Virus record (IMG/VR): IMGVR_UViG_3300035530_000034
Location: 1 to 35,438 of that record
Source: a virus
Lineage: Duplodnaviria > Caudoviricetes
Direction: 5' to 3' (one strand)
Length of the DNA stretch: 35,438 bases
A program made the position numbers and the translations under genes. This document shows positions 9,854 to 19,665 of this stretch, in pieces; within the stretch, counting starts at the first letter, position 1; every line of letters starts with the position of its first letter. The notes beneath the pieces were generated by a model. The model was not told the DNA's origin, did no database searches, and saw only the letters and a list, made by a program, of their open reading frames with translations.

Positions 9854-10999
9854 TTATTCCCCTTGAGTCTTTGGCATTAAACTAGATTGACTTAATTCCA
9901 AAATTTGTGAATAGTCTGCAGCTAGTGGTAATAATTCTGAACTGATTTGAGCTAAACAATCATGGATAATTGCTAAAGCTGGATCAACCTGTTCGTGTGC
10001 AGCAGCGTGTCGATTCGCTCCAGCACTTGGTGTTGCTGGATCATTTGGTGGATTCTCACCAGATCCCGATCCTAGGTCTGTACTAGGCTGGGAATAGCAT
10101 CCGCCGTATCCCCCAGTTGAATAGCTACTAGCCTGTATTGGTCCAGCTACTACTGAATCGGCTTTCACACTACCTTGCAGACCAACAGTACTTCCTGACA
10201 TAACTACATTACTTCCAGACACACTAATGCCAGGACTAGATACTGAACAAGTCTGATCAAAATTGAAAGTTCCTACTGGAGCCTTTAATAGCATCTGACG
10301 TCCAGCTTTTATTATAACATCTTGTGGAGCTCCAATAATACAATCTTCAGCGTTTAAATCAACAAAAGTCCCTGAACGATTACTGGATCGAATTCTTGGA
10401 GTATCGGACTCTAAAAGAATTTCATTTTCACCGTCATCCATAATCTGAATAGTTCGAGCCTTAGCGTCGATTTTAATCAAATACTTATACTTTTCATTAG
10501 CAGCATCGCTAGTTTTAATGGTGATAGTTTTCTTATGGAGAGTATCGATTTCAAAAATATAAGCATCATCAATTTCATCATATTCTTTATCTTTATCAGG
10601 TTGATCTGATACTGATATCCGATAAGTATCCAATCGACGTAATTTATCTTTCTGTCCAGTTGGATGCCAAAGATATACATCTGTATCTGCATATTGAAAA
10701 ATAATTACTTGTTCCCCTTTACGTAACTGAGGGATATCTGACCTATTGGTAATTAAATTAAAAAATGTAGCTGTAATAACATTTGTCGTAGTTACTTTAG
10801 AATTTATGATGTTTTTAGTATCATTATCAATATATGAAATAATTTCCCTTCCTTCATCGTCCGACAAAGAACCCGTTAAATGTGGAAGCATTTCAGGAAT
10901 ATAAACTTTAAGTAAATTTGAATCAATCACCTTATCTTCGGCTACAATACCCATGTACGTTTTCCAATCACTATTCCGCAAATCGTTCATTGTATCCAT
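9854..10999 (-). CDS. Baseplate central spike / gpV-VgrG-like protein (phiKZ gp164-like)
   Basis: N-terminal OB-like GIVAEDK...KVYIPE...PQLRKGEQVIIFQYAD..Y.W; antiparallel beta repeats (IKID..ARTIQIMDDGENEILLES); ~7-residue beta-helix repeats SVSSPGISVSGSNVVMSGSTVGLQGSV. Confidence 0.75.
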   Translation of the reverse strand: MDTMNDLRNSDWKTYMGIVAEDKVIDSNLLKVYIPEMLPHLTGSLSDDEGREIISYIDNDTKNIINSKVTTTNVITATFFNLITNRSDIPQLRKGEQVIIFQYADTDVYLWHPTGQKDKLRRLDTYRISVSDQPDKDKEYDEIDDAYIFEIDTLHKKTITIKTSDAANEKYKYLIKIDAKARTIQIMDDGENEILLESDTPRIRSSNRSGTFVDLNAEDCIIGAPQDVIIKAGRQMLLKAPVGTFNFDQTCSVSSPGISVSGSNVVMSGSTVGLQGSVKADSVVAGPIQASSYSTGGYGGCYSQPSTDLGSGSGENPPNDPATPSAGANRHAAAHEQVDPALAIIHDCLAQISSELLPLAADYSQILELSQSSLMPKTQGE

Positions 11000-11025
11000 A
11001 ATGCAATACCTCTATCAAAAAATAA

Positions 11026-11059
11026 TACGGAAAGGGGAATATGATATTCCCCTTCCGTA
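11026..11059 (-). terminator. Intrinsic terminator
   Basis: tacggaaaggggaatat/atattccccttccgta stem with A-run on the left. Confidence 0.7.
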
Positions 11060-11076
11060 ATGTTTATATTTGTTTT

Positions 11077-12399
11077 CTAAAGTAGTGGTGTAGGTGACGA
11101 CAGTACTGGAGTGCCATATCCAGAAACTGATGGCTGATTACCAATCTGTACTTGTGCATTATGTACACCACCAATTGGACCATACCCAGGATTGGGAAAT
11201 CCTGTATTATACATCGGGACTGTAGGTTGAGGAACTGCACCATACGGATTGGGCATATTCCCCATCATTCCAACCTGAGGCACATTGGATGGAATCATAT
11301 TTACAGTATTGGGGTATGTTAGATATGTTGGATTTGTCTGAGGGCCGGGAATACCCATTGTAGCATGTGGGGAAGGGACAGCTTGGGGAAGTTGATTCGG
11401 TACCATATACGAATTCGGCATTGGCATATTCCCCATACCTCCCGACTGTACTGGTACATTTCCATGACCACCAGGCATCGGCATACCACCAATAGATTCT
11501 CTACCAGGGATATTTTGCCCAGGCATTGGCATATTGCGCGCCTGAGATTCAGTTCTCTGTGATGGCTGAGCTATTGTGGGTTGTACAAAAGATTTGGCTT
11601 TTTCGAAATACGAATCCAAATCTTCAATTATTGCACCCAATCGATCAACATCAATACTGAATCTAAAAGTATCAGCATCTGTACCCAATACGGCATCCAT
11701 CATCAGAAAATACGAATTGAGAACAGTGTATACTTTATGATATACTTTCAATGTAGCTTCCAGTTTTGGATATCCGAGTGAAGAAGCTTTTGCTGAATAT
11801 TCTTTGAAGATATCATCAAAAGGCATATCTACTTCCAAATGGAAGATATCAGCAAAAAGCTGTTCCAGAAAATTCCAAGTCTTTTTTCGGACTTTATAAT
11901 CTTCTTTAAACGATTCCCCTTCAAACAAATTACACTGAAACTGTGCAAGCTTATGCCTCTTATTGAAGAAGATGGAGATCAGTTTTCGGAGATTCTGGCA
12001 GATCGTATCAACCTCTTTCGGCGTTTTGTTATCTACCAATTTAATATACGGACTAACCAATTTGACTATCTTTGGTGGCATATCTTCTTTGTTCAATGCA
12101 TTTTCGACAACGAATTCGATCAATTTCATGATACGGTAAGATAGAGCACCTTCCGTTGTTTCATAAAACCAAGTTTGGTCTGGAGATACTACTCCTTCAA
12201 TAAAGGGATTGAAGATCTGAGCTTCAGGATCTTTAATCACCTCCTGCAGAAGTATCAGATTTTTACTACCAGACTTCGTTTTCACTTTGACATATTTACC
12301 ATGCTTAAACTGAATGTAACCATCATCATCAACTTTGCAGGTATCCGAGAACTCAACCAGATATCGCAATGCAGCTGTTGTTTCTGCATATGTTGCCAT
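11077..12399 (-). CDS. Conserved chimallivirus core protein (phiKZ gp70-like) with Pro/Gly/Met/Asn/Gln low-complexity C-terminal tail
   Basis: GGAGGA RBS; N-terminal VDDDGYI...LIL...IFNPFIEG pattern recalled for this family; position right after picA; last ~160 aa low complexity with repeated MPMP(G). Confidence 0.65.
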   Translation of the reverse strand: MATYAETTAALRYLVEFSDTCKVDDDGYIQFKHGKYVKVKTKSGSKNLILLQEVIKDPEAQIFNPFIEGVVSPDQTWFYETTEGALSYRIMKLIEFVVENALNKEDMPPKIVKLVSPYIKLVDNKTPKEVDTICQNLRKLISIFFNKRHKLAQFQCNLFEGESFKEDYKVRKKTWNFLEQLFADIFHLEVDMPFDDIFKEYSAKASSLGYPKLEATLKVYHKVYTVLNSYFLMMDAVLGTDADTFRFSIDVDRLGAIIEDLDSYFEKAKSFVQPTIAQPSQRTESQARNMPMPGQNIPGRESIGGMPMPGGHGNVPVQSGGMGNMPMPNSYMVPNQLPQAVPSPHATMGIPGPQTNPTYLTYPNTVNMIPSNVPQVGMMGNMPNPYGAVPQPTVPMYNTGFPNPGYGPIGGVHNAQVQIGNQPSVSGYGTPVLSSPTPLL

Positions 12400-12426
12400 T
12401 ATACTTCCTCCATGCTGAATGATCTA

Positions 12427-12448
12427 TTGGGCGAAGTAATTCGCCCAA
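12427..12448. other. Intergenic hairpin between picA-like and gp70-like genes
   Basis: ttgggcgaa gtaa ttcgcccaa; no clear U-tract. Confidence 0.45.
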
Positions 12449-12468
12449 CACAAATATCCCAGTAACTA

Positions 12469-13965
12469 TTAAATGTCGTTTGCTATACAATTAATAAAAT
12501 TTCCCAAGTTGGCAATGTTGGAATTAGTACAATTCGTATCACCAATCAATTGGGAATTAATTCCGCCCAATACATTGTTGTTTTGATAAATTCCTTGGTG
12601 TGGAGTTGAGTCAAGAAGATTGAGTACGATATGACTATCTCCACCACAAGAACAGTTACATGACAAATCGAATTCTCCTTGATTCGCTTTAATGATATCA
12701 AATAAATCCCTTTCTAGAATTCGAATAGCTGTACGTACTCGACATTCCAACTCTTGCTGAGTACATACAATAAAACTTTCTGCATTCAGTAATTGTAGAT
12801 TTCTATACGGCGAATGATAATGAAATCCCAAAGACATCAATCCTACATTGCTCAAAATTGCTGGCATAGCTGATGCTATTAGTGAAGAAAAGATGTTATT
12901 GGCTGATGTATACGATTGTGGAATTGGATCAAATTGACTGGCCAAATCTTGATATACTGGTTGAATGTCTGGATCATATGTACGCATAAGTATACCCATA
13001 TTGATGGGTTCATTAATCGGTAATCCTACATATAATTCATTGGTAGTCTCTGCATAAAACTGATTATCGATCTGATTAGCTACGACATCCCTACCAAATT
13101 CCCCAGGCAATCCATGTGCAGACCTATAATGTTCTGACAAAGTACCACTATATGCATCGTAGCCTACATCTTCAATTCCTCTAATTACGTTATTTATAAT
13201 CTTTTTGGTATGCTGATGAGGAATATTGACATTTGACGAATATGTATCATGCTTCGGTTTATTTTGGAGAATATCCGGAGTTCCTATAATTGAAGTTATA
13301 GATCCGTCCGGAAGTGCATCTGCCATCTTTCTAAGATTCGATGGTGTCATTAGTACCATACTCTCATTGGTTAATGTAGATAGGGATTGTCCCGGAACTG
13401 CATCTACATCACTGACCGTATCTTGTGAAGTTTTTGGACCATATGCTCCAATAGTGGTATTGAGATTAATAATACTCTTGTGGGTCACGATTAAAAATGC
13501 ACCCATATTTACAACATTACCATTTCCAAGATTGTGTGGATTAATTGGTTCTTCCAAACAATACCCATAATAGAGAGTTCTATTTCTGAGTTGGTTGTTC
13601 TTAAAGCCCAACGAATACTCATCATTATCAACAATAAGAATAAAGGTCCAGAAATCAGAAAGTCTACTCGTTTGGAGATTGTATCCTTGTGCGGATGGTA
13701 GTATAACACTTTTTGCACTCGGAAGATTATACAATCGATCCAGATTGGGATGTATAGGTCCCGAAGTCAGCGGATTACCTCCGGATCTTCCATCACTTAA
13801 TGTCTCATATACATCTTCCATAAACTGTCCATTAAAATTATAAATAATAGGGCGTTTATAGTGATCGGCTATACGTTTTGGCGAAAATACATACATTACT
13901 GCATGTTTATCTGACGCTACTGCAGTAGACATACCAGTGGGTAGCTGGTTTGGTCCAAATTCCAT
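12469..13965 (-). CDS. picA: PicA/Imp1-like phage-nucleus protein import factor (phiKZ gp69-like)
   Basis: Start moved to ATG 13965 (GGAGGG RBS 13973-13978), 498 aa; N-terminal YKRP..YN...ILPSA....W.FIL.V...YYGY pattern recalled for gp69 family; synteny between gp68-like and gp70-like genes. Confidence 0.65.
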   Translation of the reverse strand: MEFGPNQLPTGMSTAVASDKHAVMYVFSPKRIADHYKRPIIYNFNGQFMEDVYETLSDGRSGGNPLTSGPIHPNLDRLYNLPSAKSVILPSAQGYNLQTSRLSDFWTFILIVDNDEYSLGFKNNQLRNRTLYYGYCLEEPINPHNLGNGNVVNMGAFLIVTHKSIINLNTTIGAYGPKTSQDTVSDVDAVPGQSLSTLTNESMVLMTPSNLRKMADALPDGSITSIIGTPDILQNKPKHDTYSSNVNIPHQHTKKIINNVIRGIEDVGYDAYSGTLSEHYRSAHGLPGEFGRDVVANQIDNQFYAETTNELYVGLPINEPINMGILMRTYDPDIQPVYQDLASQFDPIPQSYTSANNIFSSLIASAMPAILSNVGLMSLGFHYHSPYRNLQLLNAESFIVCTQQELECRVRTAIRILERDLFDIIKANQGEFDLSCNCSCGGDSHIVLNLLDSTPHQGIYQNNNVLGGINSQLIGDTNCTNSNIANLGNFINCIANDI

Positions 13966-13967
13966 GG

Positions 13968-15149
13968 TTAATCCCTCCAGGTGATAATAGAATTTGATAC
14001 TAATGGGTATAGATCCATATCCCATACGTATCTACTGATACACTTGTGATCATTAAAACACGAAATGATTAAAGTATCATCAAATCCAACTACAATATGA
14101 ACTTGTGTAATATTGGCATTAAGTGTCTTAATGGTCTCATCTAATGTTCTAGCTAAATCATAAATTACATATGTATTAGCTCCTTTCGATTTGGTGGTGA
14201 ATCTCATATTAATAGTTGAATCTTTAGATATACAGAACCTTCCTTTAGATAATGTATATCTAACATTTAGATCAGTAATTGAACTAAACCAAATCAGTTC
14301 CAAAATATTCAATATTGCCGGATGTTGTTCCATATAAATGATAGGGACATCAGAAGTAATATCGACAGGAAATGGGGTTGTAATAATTGGCGATTTAGTT
14401 CGTCGGCGCGCTATAACTGATTTGGGGATAGGATTATTACTAAATCTTAAACTAAACATATCATATGCTAATTCTGAATTTATAGTCGGATAACACAAAG
14501 CATCAAATATTTCATTACAGTAATCTACCAAATAAATATTCGATAAATTATCGAAGAAAGTATTTAGATATATATCAATCATATGATTAGTAACTTTATC
14601 TGGTTCATCGTACAATTGAGTATTATCGCATAAGCCACACTGGATAGTTAAATTATCTATTATATCAGCTTTTTCCTCTCGATATTCTTCTATCATATCA
14701 AACAAATCTCGCTGATGAATATCTTTATCAACAAAGAGGCATTTCCAAATATCTTTCATAATTGTAGTATTCAAAAACTTATTCAGAAGAGTTTCATGTG
14801 ATCGAGTTACTCCAAATATATTGTTTTTGATATATGTCATCTGTTTTGGAAATAAATATACAGATACTGACATACAGTCATGTATTTTAAGTATGTATGG
14901 ATATAATTCATTATTGTGTTGTAAACATATACGTTCTCCAAAAATATAATCAGAATTGTTACCATATTGTTCTATAATCTTAACTTTCTGTATTGGAACA
15001 ATAGGTGTAACTAATTCATCCCCTACAGGTACCAGTAAATCATCTTTTGTATCAGGAATGATGGAATACACTGAAGATTTACCAAAGTGGATACCTGAGG
15101 GGATAGCACTTTTAGAGCATACGGTATCCAATACGCGATTAGGGATCAT
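13968..15149 (-). CDS. Hypothetical protein (393 aa) between gp68-like and picA-like genes
   Basis: Long ORF; TAATG overlap with upstream gene; its last codons contain the picA RBS. Confidence 0.8.
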   Translation of the reverse strand: MIPNRVLDTVCSKSAIPSGIHFGKSSVYSIIPDTKDDLLVPVGDELVTPIVPIQKVKIIEQYGNNSDYIFGERICLQHNNELYPYILKIHDCMSVSVYLFPKQMTYIKNNIFGVTRSHETLLNKFLNTTIMKDIWKCLFVDKDIHQRDLFDMIEEYREEKADIIDNLTIQCGLCDNTQLYDEPDKVTNHMIDIYLNTFFDNLSNIYLVDYCNEIFDALCYPTINSELAYDMFSLRFSNNPIPKSVIARRRTKSPIITTPFPVDITSDVPIIYMEQHPAILNILELIWFSSITDLNVRYTLSKGRFCISKDSTINMRFTTKSKGANTYVIYDLARTLDETIKTLNANITQVHIVVGFDDTLIISCFNDHKCISRYVWDMDLYPLVSNSIITWRD

Positions 15150-16744
15150 TACAATATATCCTCTCTATCTCTTTGTCCAACCATTTCTAGAGTATGCCAA
15201 ATAAATGTATAAATGTGCCGAATTATAGGTTCTTCATAAGTATACGGCTTTTGGTTTGCATTTGGTATATTCATCAAATCCCAATAATTGGGAGCTGTAT
15301 TGTAATGGTGGATGTTATTAGTTATAAAATTAATAATACTCTTCGTTTTTGTATCCCAAGAGATATTTCCTATGGCGTAGGGAAACATTCTCTTACAATT
15401 ATTATAAGCATATCCACTACCACCACGATTCATTTGTATTTGTCTATCTACAAGCGATATTTCCTCTTTTACTATTCCCGTAGGAACAACTGACAATAGA
15501 TGTATTACCGATGGATGATGTTGTATCTTAATAAGATATAATTGTAACAAAGCTATAAGTTTAATGAATGTACCCACATGAAGAAAATACATACTTTTTG
15601 CGCCACCTAATCGATGTCCAAAAAATGTACAAGTAATATACTTACTTACTTCAGTTATGGGAACAGGATTGTTATTATAGTACTTTACAGCTCTATTAAA
15701 CTCTCTTTTACTCAATCCATATTCCGACAATACAGAATTGATCATTCGTTCTGTTGCTAGTCGAATAATAATAGGTACATCTACAGTTGACCTACTACTG
15801 TATGATTCCGTTTCGAGTCTAGATACATTACCTTCAGCATCCGAAGAAAACATATCAGGACCTTTACGTTCTTTGATAGTATTCTTTGTACTCAAATTAA
15901 TATTGAGACTATCTAAACTATGTTTACTACATGTAACAATATACACCATAATGTCGCCATCATCTCTATATAAATCTATATTGACAAATTTCTTTATCAG
16001 CATAGATGAATATATTGATAAGCTATATCTTTGTAGTGTATATCCATTTGCTGTCGATGTCAACTCGATAGCTTTACCTTTAGCAACAACATTTTGAATA
16101 TAGTACAATAATTTTTCAGTAAGATCGTGAAAGTCTGCATCTAATACCTTTTTAAGTATAGCTGTACAATGCGTTTCCTTTACACTATTATCGACTAACT
16201 TTGAAATTTTGAATATAATTTGCCCAAATACTGGGCAAAATAATTTGCAGTACACGATGATTGCAAATAATCCTAGATAGTCCTCCAGGTAAAATGTAGT
16301 TCGTTTATTATCCTGAGGACGATTACCAATATTCTCCAAATTTGGAATATGTATATTTGAAACTTTAACCCAATTATGTATCTTTTCAGATAGTCCTATA
16401 GTCGATGTAGTTTGATATACCAGATCCATGATCTGATCAGTGATAGGAATAAGTTGATCTATTTCGATAAACTCATTTTTCAAAATAATATTAATATCAT
16501 AGAACATCCGACCTAATAGTTTTAGATCACTCTCAGATAAAGTCTTAAGACAATAATTAACTGGGTTTAAGAAATTCCAAGCTTCGGGATCTCTACTAAT
16601 TCCCAATTTGGCATATGTATCGATACGAAAATAAAGATCAGATTCTTTAAACCCCTTAACTCCAATATCTAATCCTTCCATATCGATACATGCGACATTG
16701 GTTAAGTTATATTCTTCACCTATTGTGCGACATGCAATTTTCAT
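15149..16744 (-). CDS. nvRNAP promoter-specificity (sigma-like) subunit (phiKZ gp68-like)
   Basis: 531 aa, mostly helical; IHIPNL..TTFYLEDYLGL....KLFCPVFGQ..KETH, EGNVSRLE motifs; position after chmC; AGGAGG RBS. Confidence 0.75.
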   Translation of the reverse strand: MKIACRTIGEEYNLTNVACIDMEGLDIGVKGFKESDLYFRIDTYAKLGISRDPEAWNFLNPVNYCLKTLSESDLKLLGRMFYDINIILKNEFIEIDQLIPITDQIMDLVYQTTSTIGLSEKIHNWVKVSNIHIPNLENIGNRPQDNKRTTFYLEDYLGLFAIIVYCKLFCPVFGQIIFKISKLVDNSVKETHCTAILKKVLDADFHDLTEKLLYYIQNVVAKGKAIELTSTANGYTLQRYSLSIYSSMLIKKFVNIDLYRDDGDIMVYIVTCSKHSLDSLNINLSTKNTIKERKGPDMFSSDAEGNVSRLETESYSSRSTVDVPIIIRLATERMINSVLSEYGLSKREFNRAVKYYNNNPVPITEVSKYITCTFFGHRLGGAKSMYFLHVGTFIKLIALLQLYLIKIQHHPSVIHLLSVVPTGIVKEEISLVDRQIQMNRGGSGYAYNNCKRMFPYAIGNISWDTKTKSIINFITNNIHHYNTAPNYWDLMNIPNANQKPYTYEEPIIRHIYTFIWHTLEMVGQRDREDIL

Positions 16745-16804
16745 ATATTCCCTCCTATAGAAATATATTAGGTTGGTACAAATGCATATAAGTGTATCAT
16801 TTAA

Positions 16805-16815
16805 ATAATATATAT
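16805..16815 (-). promoter_or_regulatory. Putative early promoter motif ATATATATTAT upstream of gp68-like gene
   Basis: Recurring 11-mer, 61 nt upstream of the ATG and just after a terminator. Confidence 0.55.
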
Positions 16816-16852
16816 CTTTTTATCTAATGATTTATCTAAACTATAGATAAGA

Positions 16853-16882
16853 AAAAGGAGAAGGGTTATCCCTTCTCCTTTT
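16853..16882. terminator. Intrinsic terminator after chmC
   Basis: aaaaggagaaggg ttat cccttctcctttt. Confidence 0.8.
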
Positions 16883-16893
16883 ATATAGCAAAT

Positions 16894-17445
16894 TTAAAAT
16901 ATGCTAGAGGAGTTAGATTTTACTCCTCCACCACCACCAAACTTAGTTTTAGCCTGAGCCATACGTTCCGCATCCCTAGAAGCAATAATCGCTTCAGGTA
17001 GAAGTTTATCCAATACTACATTACAAAAGCCTTCAAATGCAAGTTTGCTCCTACTCTTATCGTCCAAAGCTTCACTACCGATTTGAAATCCCTTACTTGC
17101 CAAAATAGGATATCGAATAGGTTCTCCCATACCTTTCCCCTGAAAATCCATATAATAGATTCCAGATTCGTCTTTACCAAGAATGAGAATAGCCGACTTG
17201 TTAAACTTCTTTGCTTCAACATCCCACTCATTATGAATAAAAGCTTTTGTACTCCCCGGACTAGCTTCCAGCAATTCATGACAAGTATTTTTGAGTGCCT
17301 GAATTGAAGAAACCGACAGAGGAAACTTTACAGGCTTGCCGTTAACAAATGTGGAAAACGAAGCAAGTCCATTATAAGCCCCCAATGCCAAATTCTGCCC
17401 TTTTTCTTTTCCAAATAACCGATAGATTCCGTTAGTGTCGATCAT
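16894..17445 (-). CDS. chmC: ChmC-like (phiKZ gp67/Imp6-like) Whirly-fold nucleic-acid-binding protein
   Basis: Duplicated beta-beta-beta-beta-alpha pattern, LILGKDESGIYYMDF motif, Gly-rich C-terminal tail; immediately upstream of the gp68-like gene; AAGGAGA RBS. Confidence 0.65.
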   Translation of the reverse strand: MIDTNGIYRLFGKEKGQNLALGAYNGLASFSTFVNGKPVKFPLSVSSIQALKNTCHELLEASPGSTKAFIHNEWDVEAKKFNKSAILILGKDESGIYYMDFQGKGMGEPIRYPILASKGFQIGSEALDDKSRSKLAFEGFCNVVLDKLLPEAIIASRDAERMAQAKTKFGGGGGVKSNSSSIF

Positions 17446-17476
17446 ATCTATTTCTCCTTACAAACTAAAGAAAGTT

Positions 17477-18388
17477 TTAATAAAATTTCAAAACATCCAA
17501 AATAATTTTGTCAACATTGCACCTAGTTATTAAATCTGTTTTGATCTCCGATTCCGTACGAATGTGCCATTTTCGAGTTTCTGCAACCTCCAAAGCTAAT
17601 TGTTTTTCCTTTCGTTTTAAAATTGGATTAACTAATAGCGAATCGCCAAATACTAGATGCGTATACTTATTAAATGGTATGAACTTGTTTTTAAATATTT
17701 TCTCACCAAACTGTTTATAATTTATTATATTACCAGTAAAACTCTCTAACACCTCAGTATGAAAAATTAATTGATAAAGATGCCAATCAAGTGCACAATG
17801 GGATATAAGTAATACATCACTACTCGATCCCTTTTTCGTATTATTCATAATAAATTTATAAATGTTAAATTGGGGAAAACTGGCATCAAATGCATCTACA
17901 AATATTCGAGTCTTATTTGTATTGTATATATTAGTTAATCTATTTGGTAACATTTTACCTAGCGATTGTGTCAGTTGTTCTATTCTAGCCTTATTTCCCT
18001 TTATAGATCTTTTGTGTATTGATAACCCATTATAATTAGGGACGTAAAATAGTATATCAGAGGATTCAATAAAACTTTCATTATACGAAATGATATAACT
18101 TTTAAGTAATTCTAGTTCATTATTGACTCGAGATATAATTTCCTCATCAGACAAATTTGAATCATAACAATTTCTTATTATCGTCATAAGATTTATAGCA
18201 TAAACATCTCTATGTATTTTAGATGTTATAAATGCATTATTGGCAAAATAGTTAAGTATAGCATTTGTCCCTACCGAACAATCATTAATTACAACACCAT
18301 CTTCAGTTTTCGTTTTACCGTATTCGTGTTCGTCATAATTACTAATCGTCGGTATAGGTGTAGGGTGAGTAAATGATATATTTTGCAT
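17477..18388 (-). CDS. Conserved chimallivirus protein (phiKZ gp66-like), possible PIN/5'-3' exonuclease-like fold
   Basis: INLMTIIRNC, FYVPNY, LLISH..LD, LESFTG, IPFN....VFGD motifs; between sbcD-like and chmC-like genes; start moved to ATG 18388 (GAGGAAG RBS). Confidence 0.6.
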   Translation of the reverse strand: MQNISFTHPTPIPTISNYDEHEYGKTKTEDGVVINDCSVGTNAILNYFANNAFITSKIHRDVYAINLMTIIRNCYDSNLSDEEIISRVNNELELLKSYIISYNESFIESSDILFYVPNYNGLSIHKRSIKGNKARIEQLTQSLGKMLPNRLTNIYNTNKTRIFVDAFDASFPQFNIYKFIMNNTKKGSSSDVLLISHCALDWHLYQLIFHTEVLESFTGNIINYKQFGEKIFKNKFIPFNKYTHLVFGDSLLVNPILKRKEKQLALEVAETRKWHIRTESEIKTDLITRCNVDKIILDVLKFY

Positions 18389-18479
18389 AATACTCTTCCT
18401 CAATTGTTAAGATGATATCTAAATTATACAATTATCAATTTGAATAATTCATTATACTTTTTATTTATATATTTTGTGA

Positions 18480-18513
18480 TAAATGACCCTGTCCCATAGG
18501 GCAGGGTCATTTA
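18480..18513. terminator. Hairpin terminator after sbcD-like gene
   Basis: taaatgaccctg/cagggtcattta inverted repeat. Confidence 0.6.
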
Positions 18514-18522
18514 GTGCTTATA

Positions 18523-19644
18523 TCACAACATATCGAGCAGATTTGATATTTCTTCGATGCATAACAAACAAGACGACTGTTCATTCAAAAATCCATAAAT
18601 GAGACTTGGTAAATTCTTTTCAGAAATATCAACGTCTTCACAATAGTTGACGTCTAGATCATTTTCGGATAATGATAATCCTGGTTTAACTTTTGACGAT
18701 TTGGATGAAAACTTTAGATTTGGATATTTGTCAGATACAACCTTATCGACAATTTGACGAATTTCAACATCGGGATATATAAATCTTACATAGCCAAGAC
18801 GAGTAGGATCATTTACTTCTTCGACAATAGCTGTAAATGTATCAATTATTGCATCTTTGTCCTCTACTGGCATATGTGATAGATCTATCGATTTGAATAA
18901 TGTAGCATCAGTATTTTTAATAAACTTAATGGATTTATCTATATAAAAGAAACCTTTATCTTCTTCTTCATTATGAGCTAATCGATCAAAACTACCATTG
19001 TACAATACTTGCCCATATTGAGATTTTGTATGTACATGACCCATTAAGATAAGACCGTCGTCTGTCAAAATATCTTTAAATTGATTAGCAGTATATGTTA
19101 TCTTAGGTTCATGTGGAATATTAGGCGGCAGTACATGAGAAAAATACCCATGCCCACAGACAACATCTACTTTATCCCATCCGACTTGTGTCAATAATTC
19201 TCTAACATAAACCAACACCGCTTTAGAGGAGTCGTAAGGTAGATCGTCTGGAAGATATAATACTTTTAAATCTAAATGTTCAATATATTCTAACGATACC
19301 GAATCGTAATATTGGAAATTTACTTGTATTCCTGATCCTTTATGTAAAGTATTAATCATCTTCGATTGGTCACGATCGTGAGTATACGTACCTCGCAATA
19401 CACGTAATGTAACATTATATTTTTCACATTCGCGCATCAATGTAAGTATAAATGACATACCAATACGAGCTTCTTGTCCAGATAAGTGTAAGAGTGTATG
19501 ATATAAGTCTCCAGCTAAAAATACAATATCGACTTTACTTACATAAGGAATAAAATGTTTCAATAACTTATCATGCACTAAAAGACTCGGTACTCGCGGA
19601 TGCCCAATATGAAGATCACTTATACTAAGTATCTTAGTTTTCAT
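18523..19644 (-). CDS. sbcD: SbcD/Mre11-like metallophosphoesterase nuclease (phiKZ gp65-like)
   Basis: SDLHIG, AGDLY, LRGTYTHD, CGHG, MGHVH, YNGSFDRLAHNEEEDKGF. Confidence 0.9.
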   Translation of the reverse strand: MKTKILSISDLHIGHPRVPSLLVHDKLLKHFIPYVSKVDIVFLAGDLYHTLLHLSGQEARIGMSFILTLMRECEKYNVTLRVLRGTYTHDRDQSKMINTLHKGSGIQVNFQYYDSVSLEYIEHLDLKVLYLPDDLPYDSSKAVLVYVRELLTQVGWDKVDVVCGHGYFSHVLPPNIPHEPKITYTANQFKDILTDDGLILMGHVHTKSQYGQVLYNGSFDRLAHNEEEDKGFFYIDKSIKFIKNTDATLFKSIDLSHMPVEDKDAIIDTFTAIVEEVNDPTRLGYVRFIYPDVEIRQIVDKVVSDKYPNLKFSSKSSKVKPGLSLSENDLDVNYCEDVDISEKNLPSLIYGFLNEQSSCLLCIEEISNLLDML

Positions 19645-19665
19645 AGTAAATTTCCTTATACTAAA

